A DNA stretch of 16,424 nucleotides from a virus. Location: the UHGV virus genome UHGV-0409449. One strand, written 5' to 3'. The translations under genes were made by a program, and so were the position numbers. Positions 9,562-16,424 of the stretch are shown in pieces; positions within the stretch are counted from its first letter, which is position 1; each line of letters starts with the position of its first letter. The notes beneath the pieces are model-generated. The model worked only from the letters and a program-made list of their open reading frames with translations, was not told the origin of the DNA and ran no database searches.

Positions 9562-11477
9562 GCCGCTACCCCCGCTTTCTGGATTGCTACCAGCAGATCA
9601 GCCAGGTGGCGAGCTGCGCCATTAACCAGCTCTTCGTTTTCCTCAAAACGCCCGGCAGCCTGAAGGGCTGCAATAGCTTCCCGGACATTACCCCGGGCGT
9701 TACGGATCTCCGCCATGTCAGTGCTTTGCATATCCATCACGTTATTGAGATATTCAATGGCTTTATTAGCCTCTGCATCTGCTTCGCTAACCGTTTCATC
9801 AGGCTGTGCCGGGGCCGGTTCTGGCTGAGTAATCTCACCGACTTCGGCCTGCAATGCATTGATCATGCTCTGCACCATTTTCTCGGTGCCAGTGCCCCCA
9901 GGAAACGCAATATTGGGGAAAGTTTTTTGAAACTGAGTTTTCAGCATTACGCGGAACTCGTCTGGTGAGCTGGTGGCCAGCTCCAGAGCTTTTTGTGCAT
10001 ATTTGCCAAACGGACCATTAGTAAGTGTCTTCGCCAGGAAGTCGAAAGAATCCTCGCGAGGCAATAACTTCAGGTCGTACTCACTCATTTGCTGATCAGA
10101 AAGCGGGGTATCGTAAGTAGCAATGCCGTAGCGTGCATATTCATAATACGGGTCACCTTCATCAGGGCGCGGCAGAATCGCTTTGTTACCTTCAGGTATT
10201 GCGCCAGGGGCCGCCGGACGCATTTGCAGGGCATATCGATATGCACCTACAGAGACTTCTGGTTCAGGCGAAGAGCTACCGGTATCCTCCGCTGGTTCAG
10301 GTTCGACGTTTTCCGGTTTATGTTCTTCTGGTTGGACCAGATATTCCGATACATTACCCGCTTTATAGGCTTTAAACAGCTTGCCGATCGCTTCTGCCAT
10401 GTCCACACCCTGTATGGATTTAGCCTTGATCATGTATACGCTGCCATCCGGATCGGTTAACTGGATATACCCTTCGCCATCCCCAATGAATTGCTTCATT
10501 GATGCACCATTACTGAGCGTCGCTTCCCCGTCCATATGCATACGATTTTTGATACTGGCAAGGCGATCCGTCAGCGCGCGAGAGTGCCCACCAGTCATCC
10601 CCGCTGGAGCAATGGTATCGCGCCCACCAGTGCGATTGAGCTGATCAATCTCCGCCTGCAAACGCTCATTTTCTTGATAAAGAGAATCCGCTTCCGAAGC
10701 AACCGCGTTAATTTTCTGCTCCAGATCTGCCTTCTGGCCTTCTACCGCTGCCACCTGATCCGCGAGGTCGCTCATGGCATCCTCTTTCTGGTCACTGTCA
10801 GCCTGTAGTTGGGTTATTTCATCAACCAGGGCTTTTTTCTTCTTCTGCGCACGCTGGAATTTTGCCGAGTTTTTCTCTGCAAGGTTGGCAAGTTTCATGG
10901 TGACCTGCGCCAGCGTCATATCACGTCCACTCATCGGAGCAACGGTGTGAGTAACGTCTTTTTTATTCAGTAAGAACTGGAAAGCAACCAGCGTATCGCT
11001 ATTGGTGATCCGGTTTTCCGCTGTCGGGCTATGAAACAAAATGCTGATAGTCTGACCATCACTGAGCGGAATAATGGCTGGCAGGACCGGCAGCCCGTTA
11101 ACGTTACGTGCCCGACCAATTTCAGCGCCGCCGATCGCGCGCGCGCCGCTCTGGGCCACATCCCCCGTTTTATCACTCCCCGCAGAGATTCCGGTACCAT
11201 TCAGCTTCTGGTTCAATGCCCGGACAAATGCCTGCATGGTCCGGTGTAACTGCAAACGAGTAGAACTAATCGCCTCCAGTAAATCCGTAGCACACCAGTG
11301 GATCGGCGTGTCATAGAAGAACGTAGCCTCGATTTCCTCCAGGGTGTTGGATTCCGTCATCAGATAGCGGTCCTCACCGGCCATTAATGCGCGATATTCA
11401 TCATCAGTCACTGGCGGGGGAAGCACGTCAAGCCCAGGCTTGATCGTCACCCCTTTATTGATATTGAACTGTTCCAT
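9558..11477 (-). CDS. darA: Antirestriction head protein DarA-like
   Basis: 639 aa, ATG at 11477 with AGGAAA upstream, 1 nt after the hdf stop. An internal segment (...LSDGQTISILF...KLANLAEKNSAKFQRAQKKKK... then coiled coil) is paralogous to the upstream 200-aa protein, the relationship that defines hdf as a homolog of a DarA fragment in P1. Size and operon context match P1 DarA as recalled. Confidence 0.72.
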   Translation of the reverse strand: MEQFNINKGVTIKPGLDVLPPPVTDDEYRALMAGEDRYLMTESNTLEEIEATFFYDTPIHWCATDLLEAISSTRLQLHRTMQAFVRALNQKLNGTGISAGSDKTGDVAQSGARAIGGAEIGRARNVNGLPVLPAIIPLSDGQTISILFHSPTAENRITNSDTLVAFQFLLNKKDVTHTVAPMSGRDMTLAQVTMKLANLAEKNSAKFQRAQKKKKALVDEITQLQADSDQKEDAMSDLADQVAAVEGQKADLEQKINAVASEADSLYQENERLQAEIDQLNRTGGRDTIAPAGMTGGHSRALTDRLASIKNRMHMDGEATLSNGASMKQFIGDGEGYIQLTDPDGSVYMIKAKSIQGVDMAEAIGKLFKAYKAGNVSEYLVQPEEHKPENVEPEPAEDTGSSSPEPEVSVGAYRYALQMRPAAPGAIPEGNKAILPRPDEGDPYYEYARYGIATYDTPLSDQQMSEYDLKLLPREDSFDFLAKTLTNGPFGKYAQKALELATSSPDEFRVMLKTQFQKTFPNIAFPGGTGTEKMVQSMINALQAEVGEITQPEPAPAQPDETVSEADAEANKAIEYLNNVMDMQSTDMAEIRNARGNVREAIAALQAAGRFEENEELVNGAARHLADLLVAIQKAGVAA

Positions 11478-11478
11478 G

Positions 11479-12081
11479 TTAATTTCCTGCTTTCAGTTGC
11501 TTAAGACGACGTTTAAGTTCGCCATTCCGTGCCTTTTCGTTATTGAGTCGGCCCGTCTCCTTATCCAGCTTCGCCCGCAAATCAGTGATCTGCTGTTGAT
11601 TGAAAGACACCGAATTCTGCGCGGACTTATAAGCGGCAACCACCTGAGCATTCCGCTGTTTTGCTTCTTGCAGGCGCTGAAAGTTGGATTTAACTGCCGG
11701 TTTCTTGTCTACCGGATTGGCAACACGCTTCGCTTTGGCGATCAGTGATTTCTGGAATTTTGCGGAGTTTTTGCGGGCCGCCTGTCCCATGACGGTACCA
11801 AGCGTCTTGATATCCGGCGACTGAGCGTTAGGAATAGCTTTTCCATTCAGTTTCACAGACGATATATCGCCAGTATCGTTTACCTGTATGGCAAGAATTT
11901 GTCCGTCGTTAAGAACCAGCTTTGCGGTTTTAACTTTAACGCCATCTTTCGTTGTTGCGCGGTTGCTGGAGTCAACCTCAATTACCGTAACACCGGTTTT
12001 ATTGATCGCCGCGATAAGGGATTTCAGCCCCTTTTCATTAACCTGGTCAAAATCGACCGTTGCATACTTATTTTTCGTCAT
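11479..12081 (-). CDS. hdf: Hdf-like protein (homolog of DarA fragment)
   Basis: 200 aa from the ATG at 12081, which has AGGA about 8 nt upstream; the ORF-track start at 12090 has no spacing to the AGGA. Overlaps the lydB 3' end. Shares KNSAKFQ and a following Lys/Gln-rich coiled coil with the DarA-like protein. Confidence 0.68.
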   Translation of the reverse strand: MTKNKYATVDFDQVNEKGLKSLIAAINKTGVTVIEVDSSNRATTKDGVKVKTAKLVLNDGQILAIQVNDTGDISSVKLNGKAIPNAQSPDIKTLGTVMGQAARKNSAKFQKSLIAKAKRVANPVDKKPAVKSNFQRLQEAKQRNAQVVAAYKSAQNSVSFNQQQITDLRAKLDKETGRLNNEKARNGELKRRLKQLKAGN

Positions 12082-12511
12082 CTGACACATCCTGTGCGAG
12101 ATTTATTACGTAACTTCTGCGGATTTTCTGAGTAACAGGGAAAATCCGATACAACGGGTTAATGAACGAGTCGCCATGCGTAACCATGACGTTGAAATGC
12201 CACAGTCGCTCTCCTTTACCCATATATTCAGTGGGTATGTACAACCATTCACTGTTTTCGCCCTGTTCAGCCGACGTCAGACAACGTTGTTCGCCTTCAA
12301 TCACTGTCGTTGGCTTCTGAACATCGCGGATCCAATATCTGACCGTTGCGCCGCGCAAAAACGGGAATTTAGACCGGTATTTGAACGGCACCCGGATGAA
12401 GCCCTGTTTAATTTCCACATCACCAAGTTCTAAATGCGTGATGTCCTTGCGTTTTAGCAAATAGCGATCGGCTAAGGCTAACGCAAGAACGCATACACCC
12501 CAGCCAATCAT
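12068..12511 (-). CDS. lydB: Antiholin-like protein (P1 LydB-like)
   Basis: 147 aa. ATG at 12511-12509 overlaps the lydA stop (ATGA), with GGAGG 8 nt upstream. N-terminal hydrophobic segment, then a soluble domain. Assigned by position after the holin-like gene and by recalled P1 order. Confidence 0.55.
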   Translation of the reverse strand: MIGWGVCVLALALADRYLLKRKDITHLELGDVEIKQGFIRVPFKYRSKFPFLRGATVRYWIRDVQKPTTVIEGEQRCLTSAEQGENSEWLYIPTEYMGKGERLWHFNVMVTHGDSFINPLYRIFPVTQKIRRSYVINLAQDVSDDEK

Positions 12512-12837
12512 TTCCCACCTCCCTTTTTCACCAAACTTGTAAGAACATTCAGAATGCTATCGATATTCACTCGTTTCATCCCTGAAATCACCTCATGACC
12601 GTTATTGCTGGCTATCGTTACCATTAAGTACGTAATTGATAACTCCCAGCCTTCGTGTTGCCCCAATAGGTACGCCACCGCGCCAGCTGTCACTGCAACA
12701 AAGATCTCCGTAACCAATCCCAACAAATTGCCAGACTGGCGACCATCTCGGACATCCATCAGGAACGTGCCTATCCCACCAATTACTGAAAGCAGGAGCG
12801 CAATAGCAACTGGAGCTAATTCCTGTGTGTCAAGCAC
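12508..12837 (-). CDS. lydA: Holin-like membrane protein (P1 LydA-like)
   Basis: 109 aa with GTG start at 12837-12835 and a strong SD (AGGAGGG) 5 nt upstream. Two to three hydrophobic helices (APVAIALLLSVIGGIGTFLM; LLGLVTEIFVAVTAGAVAYLL; LSITYLMVTIA) and a charged C-terminus KKGGGK. First gene of the overlapping lydA-lydB-hdf-darA chain. Confidence 0.6.
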   Translation of the reverse strand: MLDTQELAPVAIALLLSVIGGIGTFLMDVRDGRQSGNLLGLVTEIFVAVTAGAVAYLLGQHEGWELSITYLMVTIASNNGHEVISGMKRVNIDSILNVLTSLVKKGGGK

Positions 12838-12904
12838 AAGTTCCCTCCTACGTTGTCAGGAGGTAATGGTATGCAAAGTAACTTCTCAACCGGTCATTTG
12901 TTGC

Positions 12905-13186
12905 TTAAGAGGCATTTCTATTGAGGTACGAATCGATAAGCCTTTGTAACCTTTCAAGAATGAGCCTGTTATTGATGCTGCAAATAAGAGTCACGCAATT
13001 CTGAAGACTTTCATCCATACCCTTATATTCCGCGAAACACATGCCTATAAAGCCTGCAAGTACGGCAGCAAGACACTCGGCCAGCAATTGCCTGCATGAT
13101 GCTTCGTAACGTTTTTCACGAACCCCATTCAGAAACGAATGCACTCCGCCAAAGATGGATATGAAAATGATTTTTAGATCAAACAT
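12905..13186 (-). CDS. Small two-TM membrane protein upstream of lydA (possibly P1 LydC-like)
   Basis: 93 aa from the ATG at 13186 with AAGGAA 6 nt upstream; the ORF-track start at 13255 has no RBS. Hydrophobic segments LKIIFISIFGGVHSFL and LLAECLAAVLAGFIGMCFA. Sequence family not recognised. Confidence 0.4.
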   Translation of the reverse strand: MFDLKIIFISIFGGVHSFLNGVREKRYEASCRQLLAECLAAVLAGFIGMCFAEYKGMDESLQNCVTLICSINNRLILERLQRLIDSYLNRNAS

Positions 13187-13312
13187 AACTATTTCCTTAA
13201 TGGTTAAATAAACATCATTGGGAAACGGTATGTACTTTGTGATTTCCACACACACTGGTTTTGTTAATTAAAATCCGCAGCTTGCTATAAATAACGATAG
13301 TGAGCAGAAAAT

Positions 13313-13873
13313 ATGCTAATAGGCTATGTACGTGTATCAACAAATGAACAAAACACTGCTTTACAACGAAACGCTCTTGAAAGCGCAGGATGTGAGCTAA
13401 TTTTTGAGGACAAGGCGAGCGGCAAAAAGGCTGAGCGCCCTGGGTTAAAAAAGGTACTCCGTATGCTTTCCAGAGGTGATACCCTGGTCGTATGGAAGTT
13501 AGACCGTCTTGGGCGCAGCATGCGTCACTTAGTTGTGCTGGTGGAAGAGCTGCGTGACAGAGGCATTAACTTCCGGAGTCTCACTGACTCCATCGACACC
13601 AGTACACCAATGGGGCGCTTTTTCTTTCACGTAATGGGTGCGCTGGCAGAAATGGAACGTGAGCTTATCGTTGAACGTACACGCGCTGGACTTGATGCAG
13701 CTCGCGCAGAAGGTCGTATAGGTGGGCGTCGGCCTAAATACCAAGAAGAAACATGGCAGCAAATGCGGCGATTGCTGGAGAAGGGTATCCCCCGTAAGCA
13801 GGTTGCAATCATCTATGATGTGGCTGTTTCCACGCTTTATAAGAAGTTTCCGGCGTCATCATTTCAATCCTAA
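13313..13873 (+). CDS. cin: Serine recombinase, site-specific DNA invertase of the Cin/Gin/Pin/Hin family
   Basis: 186 aa. N-terminus MLIGYVRVSTNEQNTALQRNALE carries the catalytic Ser, and the sequence runs through the diagnostic core (GDTLVVWKLDRLGRSMRHL...FRSLTDSIDTSTPMGRFFFHVMGALAEMERELIVERT...GRIGGRRPK) to a C-terminal HTH (IPRKQVAIIYDVAVSTLYKK). Essentially the Cin sequence as I recall it. Confidence 0.92.
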   Translation: MLIGYVRVSTNEQNTALQRNALESAGCELIFEDKASGKKAERPGLKKVLRMLSRGDTLVVWKLDRLGRSMRHLVVLVEELRDRGINFRSLTDSIDTSTPMGRFFFHVMGALAEMERELIVERTRAGLDAARAEGRIGGRRPKYQEETWQQMRRLLEKGIPRKQVAIIYDVAVSTLYKKFPASSFQS

Positions 13874-13890
13874 ACCTTGGTTTAAGAGAA
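13865..13890. other. cix-type crossover site for the invertase (26 bp, imperfect dyad)
   Basis: CAATCCTAAACC-TT-GGTTTAAGAGAA: two 12-bp half-sites matching at 8 of 12 positions when the right half is reverse-complemented (TTCTCTTAAACC), around a 2-bp core at 13877-13878. This is the Hin/Gin/Cin crossover-site architecture with the AAACC..GGTTT core. The cin stop codon (13871-13873) lies inside the left half-site. It is the only such site in the window. Confidence 0.75.
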
Positions 13891-15420
13891 CTCGGTACCA
13901 GCGGTGAAAAGATCCCCCTGTTGAGCACGGCTAACACATGGAGTGCACGCCAGACTTTCAACGGCGGGATCACCGGGGCGCTGACAGGGAATGCCGACAC
14001 CGCGACGAAATTGAAAACAGCGCGGAAGATTAACAACGTTTCATTTGACGGTTCGGCAGATATTTCTTTAACAGCCTCGGATGTCGAAGCATTGTCACTG
14101 GAGGATGCCAGGAAGATTATTCAACCGCTGCCAGATGTGTGGATACCGTTTAATGATTCACTGGATATGATTGCGGGCTTTTCTCCATCATATAAAAAGA
14201 TTGTTATTGGCGACGACGAAATAACAATGCCTGGCGACAAGGTTGTTAAGTTTAAACGCGCATCGAAAGCAACCTATATAAATAAATCTGGTGTGCTGAC
14301 AGAGGCTGCCATTGACGAGCCACGATTTGAACGTGATGGCCTGCTTATTGAGGGACAACGAACAAACTACATGCTCAATTCGGAAAACCCTGCCAGTTGG
14401 GGGCGATCGTCAAATATGGATGTTCCCGAAACCGGGACGGATAGTTTTGGTTTTACCTATGGAAAGTTTGTCTGTAACGATTCTCTGATTGGGCAAACAT
14501 CAGCCATTAATATGGCATCAATTGCTGCTACAAAGTCAGTTGATGTTTCAGGCGATAACAAGTACGTGACAACCTCATGTCGTTTTAAAACAGAACGACA
14601 GGTAAGGTTGCGTATCCGCTTTGATAAATATGACGGTAGTGCAACAACTTTTCTTGGTGATGCATATATTGATACACAAACGCTTGAAATTAATATGACA
14701 GGTGGCGCGGCATCAAGGATTACAGCGAGAGTCAGAAAGGACGAAGCTACTGGATGGATTTTTGCAGAGGCAACAATCCAGGCAATTGATGATGAGTTAA
14801 AAATAGGATCTCAGATACAGTATTCTCCTAAGCAGGGCGGAGCAACCGTATCTGGAGACTATATTTATCTGTCTACCCCTCAAGTTGAGGATGGTTCTTG
14901 TGCATCATCTTTTATTATCTCAGGAACGACGGCGGCTACCCGCGCAAGCGATATAGTTACAGTTCCAATTAATAATAATCTTTATAATCTTCCTTTTACG
15001 GTTCTTTGTGAGGTACATAAGAACTGGTATAAAACGCCAAATGCAGCGCCACGTGTTTTTGATACCAGCGGTCATCAAACCGGAGCGGCTATTATTCTTG
15101 GGTTCGGATCTTCGGCAGATGGGCCAGACGGATTTCCTTATTGCGATATTGGAGGAGCTAACAGACGGGTAAACGAAAACGCATCGCTTGAAAAAATGGT
15201 TATGGGGATGCGTGTAAAATCAGATCAGTCTACGTGCTCAGTAAGTAACGGGCGCATATCCAGCGAAAAAAAGACTACGTGGTCCTATATTCAGAACTCT
15301 GCAACCATCCGTATTGGAGGCCAGACTACAGCAGGGTTACGTCATTTATTTGGTCATATCAGGAATTTCAGAATATGGCATAAAGCATTAACAGACCAAC
15401 AAATGGCTGAGGTTATTTAA
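13879..15420 (+). CDS. Tail-fibre variable C-terminal cassette (Sv-prime-like) with no initiation signals of its own; LamG-like tip domain
   Basis: Frame is open from 13843 across the cix site with no ATG and no RBS; the listed start at 13921 is a TTG. Carries the conserved tail-fibre hinge motif GNADTATKLKTARKINNVSFDGSADISL. C-terminus LFGHIRNFRIWHKALTDQQMAEVI resembles the terminal strand motif of Laminin_G_3 / concanavalin-like jellyroll domains. Expression would require inversion-mediated fusion to a constant 5' part located outside the window. Confidence 0.7.
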   Translation, partial: GLRELGTSGEKIPLLSTANTWSARQTFNGGITGALTGNADTATKLKTARKINNVSFDGSADISLTASDVEALSLEDARKIIQPLPDVWIPFNDSLDMIAGFSPSYKKIVIGDDEITMPGDKVVKFKRASKATYINKSGVLTEAAIDEPRFERDGLLIEGQRTNYMLNSENPASWGRSSNMDVPETGTDSFGFTYGKFVCNDSLIGQTSAINMASIAATKSVDVSGDNKYVTTSCRFKTERQVRLRIRFDKYDGSATTFLGDAYIDTQTLEINMTGGAASRITARVRKDEATGWIFAEATIQAIDDELKIGSQIQYSPKQGGATVSGDYIYLSTPQVEDGSCASSFIISGTTAATRASDIVTVPINNNLYNLPFTVLCEVHKNWYKTPNAAPRVFDTSGHQTGAAIILGFGSSADGPDGFPYCDIGGANRRVNENASLEKMVMGMRVKSDQSTCSVSNGRISSEKKTTWSYIQNSATIRIGGQTTAGLRHLFGHIRNFRIWHKALTDQQMAEVI

Positions 15421-15698
15421 TGAAAGATATTACGTTGAAATTCAGAGACAGGGAAGAATACGACTCTTTTTTAGAGAGTATATCCTGGCACGATAATGAA
15501 GAACTGCAAAACAACATCCTTCTTGATGTTGTAGGTATTACATATACCGAAATACCAAACGGCGAGAACGAAGAACCAACAGTGATTAAAAATGATGGCT
15601 TCTTCGTTAATGTTCGTATTTTAAACAACAGTTTGAAACAACAAATGTTTGATGGTTTTGAAGTTCAATTAGAACAACCGCTGCGGGAATGGGCGTAA
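15420..15698 (+). CDS. Small protein translationally coupled to the tail-fibre cassette (possible fibre chaperone/assembly factor)
   Basis: ATG overlaps the upstream stop (TAATG) with GAGG 7 nt upstream. 92 aa, acidic. Does not resemble Tfa/U-type assembly proteins that I know. Confidence 0.4.
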   Translation: MKDITLKFRDREEYDSFLESISWHDNEELQNNILLDVVGITYTEIPNGENEEPTVIKNDGFFVNVRILNNSLKQQMFDGFEVQLEQPLREWA

Positions 15699-15707
15699 GG
15701 AATTAAT

Positions 15708-16424
15708 ATGGCAACAGTGACAACGATACCAGCAGATATAACTAATCTGAAAAAAGAAATCGACTCTATTAAGAGTGATGTTGCTAAAAAACTGGAAAGT
15801 TCAGGCGGCACAATAACTGGTGATCTAACAGTTGTTGGTGGCATTTCTGGTGAGCTGTCCGGCAATGCCTCAACGGCTACAAAGCTGAAAACCGCGAGAA
15901 AGATTAATTCCGTTTCGTTTGATGGTTCAAAAGACATTAACCTCACGCCTCAAGATATTGATGCATTGCCAATAACCGGAGGAACTCTTACCGGCGGTTT
16001 AACGGTTGATGGTGAGATTGTCTCCAAGTCAGGAAATGGCTTCCGCATCGTACAGGGTGACTATGGATTCTTTATCCGAAACGATGGTTCAAGCACATAC
16101 TTCATGTTGACCAATTCGGGCGACAGCCTGGGAACATGGAATAGTTTAAGGCCGCTTACCATTAACAACGCCAATGGTGCTGTTTCAATCGGTAATGGTT
16201 TAACTGTTAATGGTTCTGTTGGTCTGGGTACTGCAAATGCTCTTGGTGGTAACTCTATCGTCCTTGGCGATAATGATACTGGTTTTAAACAGAATGGTGA
16301 TGGCATTCTTGATGTTTACGCTAATGGTCAGCGAGTATTCCGCTTTCAGAATGATGCGGCTTTTTCTTTAAAAAAATTGCTGGCCGGAGATAGTAAAACT
16401 TTTTCACTATCAAGTTCTAACACA
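15708..16424 (+). CDS. Tail-fibre-like protein with its own start, 3'-partial (runs off window)
   Basis: ATG at 15708 with AAGGAA 5 nt upstream. Open frame of 239 codons to the window edge, not in the ORF track because no stop lies in-window. Has the same hinge motif (GNASTATKLKTARKINSVSFDGSKDINL) about 50 aa from the N-terminus, followed by Gly/Asn/Thr-rich beta-rich fibre-like sequence. Confidence 0.7.
   Translation, partial: MATVTTIPADITNLKKEIDSIKSDVAKKLESSGGTITGDLTVVGGISGELSGNASTATKLKTARKINSVSFDGSKDINLTPQDIDALPITGGTLTGGLTVDGEIVSKSGNGFRIVQGDYGFFIRNDGSSTYFMLTNSGDSLGTWNSLRPLTINNANGAVSIGNGLTVNGSVGLGTANALGGNSIVLGDNDTGFKQNGDGILDVYANGQRVFRFQNDAAFSLKKLLAGDSKTFSLSSSNT

Noticed and set aside
9555-11316. 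Multiple 60-140-aa ORFs on the + strand antisense to the darA-like gene
   Set aside because: Shadow ORFs opposite a long coding region; no initiation signals.
13843-13920. Open in-frame stretch upstream of the tail-fibre cassette as a separate small gene, or cin read-through
   Set aside because: No start codon or RBS; it spans the crossover site and is best read as the junction region of an inversion-fused fibre gene.
13950-15960. The two hinge-motif regions (about 13950-14060 and 15840-15960) as recombinogenic direct repeats
   Set aside because: They are similar at protein level but only about 65-75 percent identical at nucleotide level by eye, and they are in direct orientation; they look like homologous domains, not crossover substrates.

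Overview
This 16.4-kb window reads as a segment of a P1-like (Punavirus-type) temperate phage or plasmid-prophage of Enterobacteriaceae. Nothing here is clearly a new system; the best candidates for a second look are the two cargo ORFs between ssb and the Dar operon (4393-5865), the first of which carries a C-terminal DUF2829 (Tad2-like) domain. Left to right the window holds: the 3' part of a large head gene (portal-like, open to the window edge) and an overlapping protease/scaffold-like gene (+); a bidirectional terminator; a leftward lysis cassette (SAR endolysin Lyz plus a coupled small membrane protein); a rightward unit of phage SSB and the two cargo ORFs; a second bidirectional terminator; a long leftward operon matching P1 lydA-lydB-hdf-darA-ddrA-ddrB (holin/antiholin plus Dar antirestriction head proteins), ending in a small poly-Asp protein; and a rightward Cin-family serine invertase whose 3' end overlaps a 26-bp cix-type crossover site, followed by tail-fibre cassettes that run off the right edge. 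No rRNA, tRNA, CRISPR array or transposase was recognised. All calls rest on motifs, protein lengths, operon order and translational coupling read from the sequence, plus recalled P1 biology; no database search or computation was run, so family names and gene symbols are hypotheses to confirm.
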